A DNA stretch of 64,000 nt from Ostreococcus lucimarinus (taxonomy: Eukaryota). The stretch lies in the NCBI GenBank assembly GCA_000092065.1, contig CP000597.1; one strand, 5' to 3'. The notes beneath the pieces are model-generated. The model was not told where the DNA came from, searched no databases, and was given only the letters and a program-made list of their open reading frames with translations. Position 1 is the stretch's first letter, and the number at the start of each line of letters is the position of its first letter. Shown here one piece after another: positions 1-11,000 of the stretch. Both the position numbers and the translations under genes were made by a program.

Positions 1-352
1 GCAGAGTACGTTCCGCGCGTGTGTTCGCCTTTTGTCACTCGAAACTAATTTCGTCGTTTGCAGGGTTGGATTTTCTGACCGGTTCACGGTTCACATGCTG
101 CAGCGACGACAAGCCCGACGCGAGCGTTCGGGTGCCTTCGGGGGCTTTGACGGTCAAGTAGGAAAGAATATTGAATTTTTGTGAAATGCACGCGATTTAG
201 TCCCGTAATATTCCTTCCACTGCGTCGAAAGCTCGATTCACGCGTGCGTGCGCACGCGTGCTGAGTTCCGTCCTCCGGACGGTGACCTCGTGCCGCACTC
301 CCACCCTCGGCTGAACGCGAGTAAACTCGACTTCGAGGCGCGGTCACGCGAT

Positions 353-890
353 ATGGACGAGTCAACAGCACGCGCGGAACGTTTACGAGCGATGCGCGAG
401 GCCGCGTCGAGCGCGAACGCCGACGCACAGGCGAATGCGAACGCACCTTCGAGTACGCTTCCAGCGCCCTTCGTCGACCTCGGGGACGGCGACGATCGTA
501 CGCCGGGGTTTTACACAGGTGCCGGAGCGTCGAGTATGGATATGAGTGATATTCCTGCGGAATCCACGCGTGCGCCACGCGCTCCACCACCTCCACCACC
601 TCCGCCGCGTTGGCTAGGGGAACAGAATCAGCGCTTCGGCGGCGGCGGAGGTCGAGGCGGGGGCGGACGAGGCGGCGGACGAGGCGGCGGGCGAGGCGGG
701 GGATCCCGAGGGCACAAAGCCGCACGTACGGGCGATTATCGCTCTGAAAACACATTCAATCCAGCGAATTATTACAAGGTACGTGCCTCGCGCCAATTTG
801 CTGTACGCGTGCGCGACTGACGCTCGTTCGTTTCCTCTGGCGCAGCCAACGATGTGCGTCGATCCTTGGCTCACCCTCGAGCGCACCTGA
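353..890 (+). CDS. RGG-box (Gly/Arg-rich) nucleic-acid-binding protein with a poly-Pro tract. Predicted two exons (353-778 and 846-890) joined across a 67-nt intron. The spliced C-terminus reads ...NPANYYK/PTMCVDPWLTLERT.
   Basis: ORF track 248..820 begins with GTG; the first in-frame ATG is at 353 (MDESTARAERL...). The product carries a PPPPPPPP tract and (GGGR)n RGG repeats. Exon 1 ends AAG|GTACGTG at 778/779; CTGAC branch at ~816-820; pyrimidine tract; CAG at 843-845. Exon 2 is in phase to a TGA at 888-890. Domain family not identified. Confidence 0.45.
779..845 (+). other. Predicted spliceosomal intron (67 nt, GT..AG) in the RGG-box protein gene
   Basis: 5' splice site AAG|GTACGTG is a near-perfect consensus. 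CTGAC branch point sits ~24 nt upstream of CAG. The stop codon of the unspliced ORF (TGA 818-820) lies inside the branch-point motif. Phase-0 splice continues the frame for 14 codons. Confidence 0.45.
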
Positions 891-1045
891 TCGCGTTCAT
901 GATCGATTCTATTGATTGTTTCTAGCTCATTCCTTAGCCATTAATAGCTCGCGTGTAAGACTCAATAGCTGAGTGTGCTTTGTCCAACCGCCGACGCCGA
1001 GAGCGTCAGACGTCGGTGCGCGGCGGTCACCGACTTGAAGTCCCG

Positions 1046-2182
1046 ATGAGCGTCGACGGTGACGACGAGCCCGTGATAGATATGAATGACGCCATGCATC
1101 GCGCCGTGGCGCTCAAGGCCGAGCGATTGCGACGCACGCGAGCGTCGTACGAGGCCGCACCGGTGTTCGTTCGGGACACGCTCGCGACGGATCGAGACGA
1201 AAACTACGTCGAATTGCGAAAGAAACCGCTGGCGGCACGCTTGACGTTTGCCAACAAACTTCTCGATGATGCCAAAGCGTTGGTGCGAGAGGAAGCCCAC
1301 GAGGACGCGCTGGAGGCGTACACAGACGCCTTGGCGGCGTTTTGTCACTTTGAGCGACCGAGCGGGACAGAGAGCACAGAGACGTTGACGTACGTAGATT
1401 ATCTCGAAGACGACGAACGTCAAAGCGAAGGCGTAGAAATGGTGAAACGAATCATGCTTAACGCATCGGCGTGCTTGATGAACATCGATCTGAGGAAGCA
1501 TGCGAAGGCGGTAGAATGGGCGACGACGCGAGCGTTGCGCGCTGACGCCGCGTGCGCCGCCGCATACTACAGAAGAGGACGAGCCAGGACCATGATGACG
1601 GAAGAAGGGACTGTAGAGCAGGCGTTGGATGATTTTAAACGCGCCGTGGATCTCGATCCGGGCGAGAAGCGGTATGTGCGAGCGTTAGCGGAGCACAGTA
1701 GAGAAGTTATGAAGACGACTGAGGTGCAACGAGCCGTCTTCGGAAAGATGTTTTCCGGCGCAAGCGCTATCTACGCCGACGACAAGGCGACAACCGTCGC
1801 AAAATCCACTGTCGACGAGGAGGTCGAACGCGTGCTTCTAGACGAAAGCTTGCTCGTGAAGGCTCAGGAGATGGGTTTCAATGTCGACGCCGACGATTTC
1901 CGTCGAGAACTCGCTTCCCGAGTCCGCGACGAAGTGCACGACAGTCGACGCGAGCGGGCGAAAGAGCTCGGTTTAAATCTTGATGATGATGATGTCAAGC
2001 GCGCGATCGAGTATTTCGAGCGCTCGCGTCGCGGTGGTGATTCGGATGCGAGCTCACGAACTTTTGCGCGCTTCGTTGCTCGCGCTCTCATCGTCCTCGT
2101 CGTCGCTCGCGTCGTGTACGTCGTCCACAAGATTGCGACGAGCCCTATCGATTCCCTCGATGTGCGCGGGGTGATGGATTGA
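1046..2182 (+). CDS. TPR-repeat protein with a C-terminal transmembrane tail anchor
   Basis: ORF 980..2182 starts with TTG; first ATG at 1046. TPR-like helical repeats (…LEAYTDALAAFCHF…, …AAYYRRGRARTMMTEEGTVEQALDDFKRAVDLDPGE…). C-terminal hydrophobic stretch ARALIVLVVARVVYVVHKIA lies next to the stop, the topology of tail-anchored TPR co-chaperone receptors. Confidence 0.55.
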   Translation: MSVDGDDEPVIDMNDAMHRAVALKAERLRRTRASYEAAPVFVRDTLATDRDENYVELRKKPLAARLTFANKLLDDAKALVREEAHEDALEAYTDALAAFCHFERPSGTESTETLTYVDYLEDDERQSEGVEMVKRIMLNASACLMNIDLRKHAKAVEWATTRALRADAACAAAYYRRGRARTMMTEEGTVEQALDDFKRAVDLDPGEKRYVRALAEHSREVMKTTEVQRAVFGKMFSGASAIYADDKATTVAKSTVDEEVERVLLDESLLVKAQEMGFNVDADDFRRELASRVRDEVHDSRRERAKELGLNLDDDDVKRAIEYFERSRRGGDSDASSRTFARFVARALIVLVVARVVYVVHKIATSPIDSLDVRGVMD

Positions 2183-2302
2183 TTCCGCAGAACACGACTA
2201 GAAATTTTAGTTATTTAGTTTTAGTTGCCGCGCTCGCGAGCGCTCCGGCGCTCCTCCGCGCCTCACTCCTCGGCGCCGCACCGGGAGTCCTCGCCGTGTT
2301 CG

Positions 2303-3031
2303 ATGTCGCTCGCCTCGTGCGCCGCGAGCTCGAACGGCGCGAACCGCGACGCGAAGCGCGATCGCGATCGAGCGCGTCCGCGTCGATCGAACAAGGTCAA
2401 GACCAGACGCGTGTCCCAACACACCGACGTGGCGTTCGTGGAACCGACGCTTTCGAAGCCGCTTTCGAGGCCCGCGCCGTCGTGCGACGCGGCGTCGCTC
2501 CCGGGATTGATCGTGTACGATTTGGACGACACGATATGGTTCCCCGAGCTGTACATGATCGCCGGCGCACCGTTCGTCAAGACGTCAAAGTCCACCGTCG
2601 TGGACAGCGGGGGCGCGCGCTTGGGCTGTTATCCAGCGGCGCTCGCTTCCGTGGCGCTCGCGAAGTCGTGCGGTGCGTTTCGCGAGCGAGGCACGCTGAT
2701 CGCCGTCGCTTCGCGAACGCACAGGGGTAAATGGGCGCGCGAGCTCATGGATGCGTTCGAAGTGCGCGACGGCGACGACGACGCTCGCACGCTCGCCGCG
2801 TGCGTCGATTTCGTCGACATCGCCAGCGGTTCCAAGACGAAACATTTCGCGCGTTTACGCGAAAAATCCGGCGTTCCCTACGCCGAAATGTTATTCTTCG
2901 ATAACGAGCGCGAGAACATCGACGAGGTCGCTCGTCTCGGCGTCGCTTGCGTGCACTGTCCCGGCGGCTTGTCCGCGGACGCCTGGCGGCGCGGCTTGAC
3001 TTTCTTCGTCGACGACGTCGTCGATCCGTAG
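2303..3031 (+). CDS. MDP1: Magnesium-dependent phosphatase 1 (MDP-1 family, HAD superfamily)
   Basis: Motif LPGLIVYDLDDTIWFPELY (HAD motif I, DxDxT) and downstream FFDNERENIDEV..GV (motif III/IV) match the MDP-1 family. First in-frame ATG at 2303; the N-terminal ~65 aa extension may be a targeting sequence. Confidence 0.7.
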   Translation: MSLASCAASSNGANRDAKRDRDRARPRRSNKVKTRRVSQHTDVAFVEPTLSKPLSRPAPSCDAASLPGLIVYDLDDTIWFPELYMIAGAPFVKTSKSTVVDSGGARLGCYPAALASVALAKSCGAFRERGTLIAVASRTHRGKWARELMDAFEVRDGDDDARTLAACVDFVDIASGSKTKHFARLREKSGVPYAEMLFFDNERENIDEVARLGVACVHCPGGLSADAWRRGLTFFVDDVVDP

Positions 3032-3210
3032 CGCCGCGCGCGTCCAGGGCTCGTTTATTGTATCACTGCGTAATATAATCTTTATCGTCACAGTTCCACG
3101 CGCGAGCGACGACCGATCGAGCGAGGACGACTCGGCGAACTCCGGGACGCCGCGCGGCGGGCGCGAATGAGCCGCGGCCGTTTGTCGATTCCACACACGT
3201 CGTCGTCGTC

Positions 3211-6200
3211 ATGATGAAGCTGTTCAACAGGGCGAAGTCGCGCGTCGGCGCGCGGAACGCGAGCGACGACGCGTCCGAGAGGCCTCGTCGCGCGCGCGGG
3301 CGCGCGGGCGCGCGCGGGCGCGACGGCGGTGGATTCGCCGACGACGGTGGTGGTGTTGATGATGATTACTTTAGCGACGATTCAGGGCTGCTGCGCGGAC
3401 GCGATGCGAACGATGAGGATGATTTCGCGCGATTCGATGAACATGGCTTCGATAACGACGAAGTCCTGGCGATGGTGAGAGAGTCGTACGGACGAAGAAC
3501 GTTCGCGGCGGAGAGCGGCGTGGTCAAGCTCGCGAGCGAGGGGTTCTTGGCGAGAAAGGCGTGCGGGGACGATTTACACCCTCCCACGGCGCACGCGACG
3601 GCGTTTAACGCGCATAATGCGCCTGACAATGATTTACAGCTCGATTTTGCGTATGGGTATCGAGGACACGACGCGCGAGGGAACGGGGCGTACAACGCGG
3701 ATGGGAAAATCGTATACACGACGGCGGCGTGCGGAGTGGTGTACGACGGGGTTGAACACGTGCAGGACTTCTTCACGTTCCACAGCGATGACATCTTGTG
3801 CTTGGCGATGCATCCAGATGGAGAAATAGCGGCCACGGGGCAGGCTGGTCGAGATCCCGTGGTGTGCGTGTGGAGCACGAAGACGAATCGAGTCTTGGCC
3901 GAGTTGAGGGGATTTCATCAACGCGCGGTGACGAGCTTAAGTTTCGATGCGACGGGAAAATTTCTCGTCACTGTTGGCTTGGACGACGAGCATTCTATTG
4001 CTGTGTACGATTGGGAAAACAAGAAAGTCCTCGCCAACTCTAAAGGCGACACGAAGAGAATTTTCAATTGCAAGTACAATCCACACGACGGACGCATCGT
4101 CACCGTTGGCGAACAGCACGTGAAGTTTTGGGTAATGGAAAATGGCTATCTTGTCGGTAAAAACGGCGTTTTTGGGCGCTTGGGGAAGCCATCGACTGTT
4201 TTATCCATCGCATTTGGCGAGGACGGGAGCACATTTACTGGAATGCAGCACGGTACCATCTACCAGTGGGCCGACGGTGGAGAGGAGTGCATACAGAAAT
4301 TTGACTTTGTTCACGAGGGGCCGGTGCACGATATCTTCGTCACTGAAGATTACATCATTACCGGTGGGAATGATGGTAAAGTGAACTTTTTCACCCAGTA
4401 CATGGAAAAAGTCTTCGCGATTGACATGAGCAAGGTGGCGGAGAGTATCATAGACGATCAAGGCAAGCCGGTGTGTTATTACGACGGACGCGCGCCGTGT
4501 GTCAAATCATTGTACTTATCCGACGTGCAGCTCTTAGTCGGCACGTCCACGGGTGAACTTTATGAGTTTGATCTTAGCACAGAAGATGCGTGGAAAAGGA
4601 ACAGGCGAATCATCACTCAAGGTCATGCCAACGCTGTCGATCGTACGACAATGTTGTTTAATGCGGAACTTTGGGGGTTGGCCTGCCACCCATCCAAAGC
4701 TAAATTTATCACCGCTGGCGATGATAAAACAGTGCGAACGTATGACATGTATCTCCGAAGACAGATTAGCGTGAGAAATGTCGCGAGTCGAGCGCGCTCT
4801 TGCTCGTATAGCCCCGATGGTAAATTGATCGCCGTCGGTTTCTATGGTGGAGGTTTCATGGTTTACGAAGACAAAACTGGGACAGAAGTCGTGGCGAAGA
4901 AGCACCGTCGCGCGATAATTAGCGACGTGAAGTTTAGTCCTGACGGTCGATGGCTCGCTGTGGCAAGTCATGACTTTTTTATCGACATCTACGATGCTTC
5001 CAGCGGTTTCAAGCGCGCCGGTGTGTGCAAAGGACACAGCGCCCCGGTGACGCACTTGGACTGGAGTGAAGATAGTAAGTATCTTCAAACGAACTCGCAA
5101 GATTTCGAGTTGCTTTACTGGGAAATCCCAACATGCGAATTGATTGAGTTTTCAGCGGCGCTGAAAGACGTGAACTGGGCAACATGGACGTGCATCGCGG
5201 GGTGGCCCGTGCAAGGCATTTGGCCAAAGCACAGCGATGGCACTGACGTCAATAGCTGCGCGCGAAGTAGCGACAAAAGAACCGTCGCCACGGCGAACGA
5301 AGACGGTATTGTGCGTTTGTTTAGATATCCATGCGACGTCGGACGAGGTGATCACAAGACGTACGTCGGTCACAGCTTCCACATCACTAAATGTTGCTTC
5401 AGTTACAACGATGAATTCCTCATTACAGTCGGAGGCGAGGATCGTACCATATTGCAATGGCGACATTACGAGCCCGATGAGGGGGATGAAGAGATGACAA
5501 GCGATGTTGAGGAAGAGATTTTCACCGCTGTAGATGATTACGAAGAGACGAATCAATCGAATGCACTGACACCAATGGTTTTCATCGGTCACTTGCGAGG
5601 TATTCCTCAGTACGTTTCGGCCAATGTTCTGCAAGCCTTGCCGTCGAGAGATATTCCAGCGAATACGGGACTCGATCCGGGAAGTCGATTGGCATTTCTG
5701 CCCTGCGCTTCGAGTATTTACGCTCCGGATGATTATACGAGAGACTCGGATATTCTCAAGGCCCCGATGGAGTCCGTCTTGCTTGAGTGCGCGCACGGCT
5801 ATCGCGCGCACGACTCGAGGAATAATTTGTTCTACACCACGCTCGGCGATGTCGTGTACCCCACGGCTGGATTATGCGTCGTGTATAACAGACAAGCGCA
5901 CACACAAATCTTCATGGCGACGAATCCCGCGGCGGAGCAAATTCAAGGCCATACTGATGATGTTACGTGCTTGGCGAGGCATCCGAATGGGCTCGTCTTC
6001 GCGAGTGGAGAAGCTGGGAGAAATCCCAAAATCATTGTGTGGAGTGCGAACGCCGTGTCGCGACCTATCACTGTCATTCAAGGCTACTTCAAAAAAGCCA
6101 TCGTATCAGCGACATTTTCGCGCGATGGCTCACAATTGGCCGCCGTCGATTGCGATTTCGATCACAAGATTGGTGTATACAACTGGCAAACAGGTGAACT

Positions 6201-7626
6201 CCTGTCTCGCTGTAGCGGGAGCCCGGAGAAAATCGTCGCCATTGAGTGGTCGCCGTTTCAAGACTACATGGTCACTCTAGGCGTCAAGCATTGCGTGTTC
6301 TGGTCACCAGATCCACTGAAAGGGCGCAAAGCTGTGTTTTCAAAGCGTGGAACGATCCAAACCTCCCTGTGCTGCGGTTTTCCTGCCGCAGATACCACAG
6401 TCGTCGGCACTCAAGATGGTTCGCTTTACTTGTTCCGAGGTTACCAGCTGGCGACCAACGCCCGCCGCGTGCACAAGGTAGCACAATCGATCGTTGCCAC
6501 ACGGGATACCTTAATTTCCGCTGGATCAGAGGGCGTGGTGAAGTTTTGGACTGCGGACTTGAGCATGCTCCTGCGCAGTGTGAACATCACCTTCCCGAGC
6601 GTCCCAGCGGTGTGCATCAAATCCATGCATTTGCTCGGGAAGATGTTGCTCCTCGGCGCACGATCTGGAGAGGTTTACGAAATGAATACCACATCATATT
6701 CATACAATTTGCTTTTCCAAGGGCACGCGTACGGCGCCATATGGGGGTTAGACACACATCCGAGCGATCACCAAATTTGCACCGTCGGTGACGATTCGAC
6801 GATTCGAATTTGGGACGTGCCTTCAAGGCGGTTGATGATGTCTCGAAATCTCGGTGCGCAAGCCCGTTCAGTGGCGTATCATCCCGACGGAACGCAGATT
6901 TCTGTTGGATTGGCCGGTGGTGGCATCATTATCTTCAGTTCGGACTCTCTGGACACCGTGCACTTGAGAAAAGACCGCGAACAACCGATTGGTGTGCTGA
7001 AATACAGCCCGAACGGCCAATACCTCGCCGTCGGTTCTGAGGAAAATACAATCGATATTTACGACATCTCCAAGCAATACCAACGCATCGGGGTGTCTAA
7101 GGGGCACAGCGCAAAGATCATGCACTTGGACTGGTCCACCGACAGCGCGTTACTGCAATCGTCGAGCGCGAATCGCGAGCTGTTGTTTTGGGAAATGCCC
7201 AACGGCGTGCAGGCGAAATTTCCACAAGACTTGCGAAACGTCGACTGGTACACGTGGACTTCAGTCATCGGATGGCCCGTGCAAGGGGTCATTCCGCAGA
7301 CGTCCGTGGGTGACGATATTACGTGTTGCGATCGCACGCACACGCGCACCGCGGTCGCCACCGGGGATGCACGAGGGGTGTTGCGAGTGTACCAATATCC
7401 TTGCCACAAGGGCGCTCAGGCTAGATGTTTCGGCGCGCACTCGGGCGCCATCACCCAGTGCAAATTCCTCTTCGACGATTCTTACCTCATCACTGTCGGT
7501 GCGGACATGACGATATGTCAATGGCGCGTCGTGTTCGGCGCCTCCACTGGTCTCGCTCTCGCCGCACCGTCGCAATCCGCGCTCGGTCTCGCGCCGCCTT
7601 CGATGGGCGCGCTCTCGTTGCGCTAA
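3211..7626 (+). CDS. EML: Echinoderm microtubule-associated protein-like (EML) protein with two tandem HELP + WD40 tandem-propeller units
   Basis: ATG at 3211. Both halves carry HELP-type motifs (LQLDFAYGYRGHDARGN... and LLECAHGYRAHDSRNN...). Each is followed by WD40 blades (…VCVWS…, …IAVYDW…, …RLFRYPC…, …LQWRHY… repeated in the second half). 1471 aa uninterrupted. Confidence 0.85.
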   Translation: MMKLFNRAKSRVGARNASDDASERPRRARGRAGARGRDGGGFADDGGGVDDDYFSDDSGLLRGRDANDEDDFARFDEHGFDNDEVLAMVRESYGRRTFAAESGVVKLASEGFLARKACGDDLHPPTAHATAFNAHNAPDNDLQLDFAYGYRGHDARGNGAYNADGKIVYTTAACGVVYDGVEHVQDFFTFHSDDILCLAMHPDGEIAATGQAGRDPVVCVWSTKTNRVLAELRGFHQRAVTSLSFDATGKFLVTVGLDDEHSIAVYDWENKKVLANSKGDTKRIFNCKYNPHDGRIVTVGEQHVKFWVMENGYLVGKNGVFGRLGKPSTVLSIAFGEDGSTFTGMQHGTIYQWADGGEECIQKFDFVHEGPVHDIFVTEDYIITGGNDGKVNFFTQYMEKVFAIDMSKVAESIIDDQGKPVCYYDGRAPCVKSLYLSDVQLLVGTSTGELYEFDLSTEDAWKRNRRIITQGHANAVDRTTMLFNAELWGLACHPSKAKFITAGDDKTVRTYDMYLRRQISVRNVASRARSCSYSPDGKLIAVGFYGGGFMVYEDKTGTEVVAKKHRRAIISDVKFSPDGRWLAVASHDFFIDIYDASSGFKRAGVCKGHSAPVTHLDWSEDSKYLQTNSQDFELLYWEIPTCELIEFSAALKDVNWATWTCIAGWPVQGIWPKHSDGTDVNSCARSSDKRTVATANEDGIVRLFRYPCDVGRGDHKTYVGHSFHITKCCFSYNDEFLITVGGEDRTILQWRHYEPDEGDEEMTSDVEEEIFTAVDDYEETNQSNALTPMVFIGHLRGIPQYVSANVLQALPSRDIPANTGLDPGSRLAFLPCASSIYAPDDYTRDSDILKAPMESVLLECAHGYRAHDSRNNLFYTTLGDVVYPTAGLCVVYNRQAHTQIFMATNPAAEQIQGHTDDVTCLARHPNGLVFASGEAGRNPKIIVWSANAVSRPITVIQGYFKKAIVSATFSRDGSQLAAVDCDFDHKIGVYNWQTGELLSRCSGSPEKIVAIEWSPFQDYMVTLGVKHCVFWSPDPLKGRKAVFSKRGTIQTSLCCGFPAADTTVVGTQDGSLYLFRGYQLATNARRVHKVAQSIVATRDTLISAGSEGVVKFWTADLSMLLRSVNITFPSVPAVCIKSMHLLGKMLLLGARSGEVYEMNTTSYSYNLLFQGHAYGAIWGLDTHPSDHQICTVGDDSTIRIWDVPSRRLMMSRNLGAQARSVAYHPDGTQISVGLAGGGIIIFSSDSLDTVHLRKDREQPIGVLKYSPNGQYLAVGSEENTIDIYDISKQYQRIGVSKGHSAKIMHLDWSTDSALLQSSSANRELLFWEMPNGVQAKFPQDLRNVDWYTWTSVIGWPVQGVIPQTSVGDDITCCDRTHTRTAVATGDARGVLRVYQYPCHKGAQARCFGAHSGAITQCKFLFDDSYLITVGADMTICQWRVVFGASTGLALAAPSQSALGLAPPSMGALSLR

Positions 7627-8039
7627 TCGCGTCGGCGCATGCACTTCGCACCGACGCTTTCCCCGCACTCATCACTTTCGCGATGAAATCGCGCAATCAT
7701 CGCGTAATCATCGTCGTCAGTTTGTTGTAATCGTATTTGTATGATTGTTTCTCCACGTTCGCCTCGTCCGACGTGCGATTCCACCGCCCAGATCGCGCGC
7801 GCGCGCGATGGTGTAGGGTTAGAGTATCACACCACACGGACCAAAACGATCCTGACCGTTTGTCTTCTCACCATCGCCGCACCTTATACCGCCGCGCGTC
7901 GCGGCGAGCGCGGCGAGCGCGATCGAAAGGCGACGAGAACGCGTGCGACTACGTACGCACTCTCGTTCCGCGCGATCGCGAACCGTTTGGTCGACCGCGT
8001 GCACGTGCAGCGGCGGCATCGTTCGCGCGCGCGCGAGCC

Positions 8040-11000
8040 ATGGCGTTCAAACCGCTGCTCGCGACGCGGGATCGTCGAGCGCTTCTGGAGGAGTGGCGAC
8101 GGAAAAATGCGAACAAGGCGGGGCGTAAGAACGCGCTCGAACGCTCGGAGGTGAATAAAAGCGAGTCGGTGACGACGCAAACGACGGCTGGGACGACGCC
8201 GGTGAAAACCGTCGTCGGCGGCGCGACGCTCGGCGTAAAGTACGACTACGCCTCAATGCGAGGGAAGGAAAATGACGGAACGAGAGGTGAAATGAACGTA
8301 GAAAATGATGGTTCGTTCGTCACACCGCGGTCGAAGACGAGCGAGGCGCGCGTGGGTACGATGGGGAATGAACGGCGAGGCGCGGGGGAACAAGCGTCGA
8401 CGAGCGAGACGACGACGCCGAGCACGGGGAAAAGGTCAACGTTCTTCTCGTTATCGGGCGCGAGAAAGTCGACTAATGGTGTTGGTGGGGCGACGACGAT
8501 CGATTTAATGCCTTCGCCTGCGGTGCGTGCGCGATTGAAGGCGGTTGAAACTGAAAAGGAGGCGCTGCAAGCGCTGGCTACCAAGTTGCGCGAATCCTCC
8601 GAAGCCGCCCTCGAAGAGGCGTACTCAAAGCGGAGTGAAGCAGAAGAACGAGCGAAATCCATGTCAGAGAGACTGCAAAAAATGGAATCCGACAGGGCGT
8701 CGCTTCAAGCCGATATGGCGGCTGTTCGCGCGCAGGCGCAGGCTCTCGCAAAGGCAAAGGAGGAGCACATGCGCGCGTTGCGCAAAGAGAAGCGTGCCGC
8801 GGAGGCGGCGGCCAAAGCGCTCGAGCAGGCGAAAGAGGACGCGAACACTGCGGTGCAAGAGCGTGAATTTACAATTGCGAATCAGGCGGCGATTTTAGAA
8901 GAGCTCGACGACGAACTCGATCGTGCGGAGCGAAGTCGAGAAAAGGCTGAACTAGTCGCCGCCGAAAAGGACAAACTTCTCAAGCAACTGCGGGCGCAGC
9001 TCGATGAGGCTAAGCACGAGCTCGAGATGGCGACCAAGCATCAGACGTCAAAGCAAAATGCTGATACGGGAGGTGTGCGCGCTAGTCAGGAAAAGTTACT
9101 GCAGCTCGCCGCGGCTCGTCAAGAGGCAGAGGCGGACGCGGCGCGCGCGCGCCAAGAGGCCAAGAGTCTCGCAGTTGAAGTCGAGGCGCGCCGTGCAGAG
9201 TTGGAGACTGTGCAATGCGAACTCGAAAAGTGCTTGCAAGAGGAACGTATGGAGCGACAGCGGGCTGAAGAGGCGTACTCGGAGGTACAGCTTGAGCGAA
9301 ATACCTTAGAAGTACTCGTTGAGAAGCGCACTTTGGAGAAGATTGCTCTGGAGGAGCGACTCGAGGCGGTTACTGAAGAGGCTGAATTTCTTCGATCAGA
9401 AATGAAAGAACGCGATGAAATGCTTCGTGAAGGTAATCAGCTTGTGGAAGCAAAGGAGACCGAGCTTGAACAAGCCGTCACGTATGTGCTACACATTCAG
9501 GAACAGCTCGAGCAAATGCAAGCATCCGGGGGCGGTGACAACACCGAGGTCGCCGAGCGAATCAAAGAGCTGCAAATAAAGCACGAGGCTTTGCGCATGG
9601 AAAAGCAGAAAATTCTCGAGGATATGCACACTGAAATTGCTGAGCGCGATGCACTGTTGTATGCGAGTAAGAAGTCGCTGGAATCGAAAGAGGCTGAGCT
9701 CGAGGCACTGCGAGCTGAGTACAGCACCAGGACGACGGAACTGGGACCACTTGAAATTGAGCTTCAAGGTTTGCGGGAAAGAGTCTATTCTTACAAATTC
9801 GAGTTGGAGGAGAAAAATGCACAACTGGCTGCGAATAATGCGCTCGTGAAACAGATGATGTCGGCCGAAAAGCGACAAACTGCGAATGTTAGACGACTCG
9901 AGTTTGGTCTCGCAGAGCGCGATGAAAAGTTGCGCAACTTCAACGAGGAGCTGAACAACTTGAAAATGGAGTCTGATCAACGAGACGAAAACATTTCCGA
10001 GCGATTGGACAGCTTAAAGCAGCGCGAAGGCGTGCTTGAGGCACTTCAACGTGCCACCGAGTTGCGATTAGAGGAGCTTCGTGAGGAACACGCCGAAGCG
10101 GTGTCAAAGCTTACTGCCGAAAAGGCACGTGCCGAGACGCGGGCCTCACAACTCGAGCAACAGATCGATCAGCTGAAGAATGAGTCTAACTCTCAAAACT
10201 TCGACGAGGTCGAGTCGCTCAAGGCTGAGCTTTCCGAGACGTGCGCCAAATTGGAAGAGTCGCAGCTCGAAATCGGACGGCTTTGTACATCTATTGCAGA
10301 ACTGGAGCACAGCGCGGAAGAATCGATGAGCACTCTGAAGGCGCAACTCGAACTGACAAAGGGTGAACTCGAAAACGCCATCTTGGAGGCGGATGAAGCG
10401 CGCGCGACGACGGAGCAAGTCGAAGCAGACAGTCTCAGCATGATGAAGGACATGCAGACGGTCAGCGAAGACTTGGAGAAGAAAATCAACGAATACAAGC
10501 AATTGGTTCGCACGCGTGATTCGGAGCTCAGAAATCTTAAGAAGGAAGTGCACCTTAAATCATTTGAGTCCGAGCGCTTGAGAGAGTCCCAAAGCACTGG
10601 TCTTAAAGCTATCGAAAAGCTCGAGACTGCGCTCAAGGCAAAGGCTGCCGAGTGCGAGCGAGCGAAGAGCGACATTGTTAAGGCGCAGAAGCAGCTCACG
10701 ATGCTCCAGCAAGAGCTCGGTTCGAGTACGAAGACGCAAAATGAATTGCAGGGAGCGTTGAACGAAATGCACCTCAGACTTTCAAAGTCTGAAGAGCAGC
10801 GAGATATGCTCGCCGGTTCGTTGGCGAGGCAAGAGGAGTATCAGGAGAGCGTCAACAAAGCTCGCGAAGAGATGCATCAAATCGCGTTGGAAGACGCTGC
10901 TGATGAAATCAGAAGCGTGCGACGAAAGTCGACTGTTCTGGCGACGGCTTTACAGCAACATGTGAGAATCAACGAGCTCGACGCAGAAGTTGCTCTGTTG

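Noticed and set aside
248-352. Using the ORF-track start coordinates as translation starts (e.g. 248, 980, 7737, 12612, 46189, 61967)
   Set aside because: Checking the DNA shows these begin with GTG or TTG, since the track allows alternative starts. For a eukaryotic nuclear genome I moved starts to the first in-frame ATG (353, 1046, 8040, 12570, 46453, 61868). Upstream frame-open sequence is typically low-complexity.
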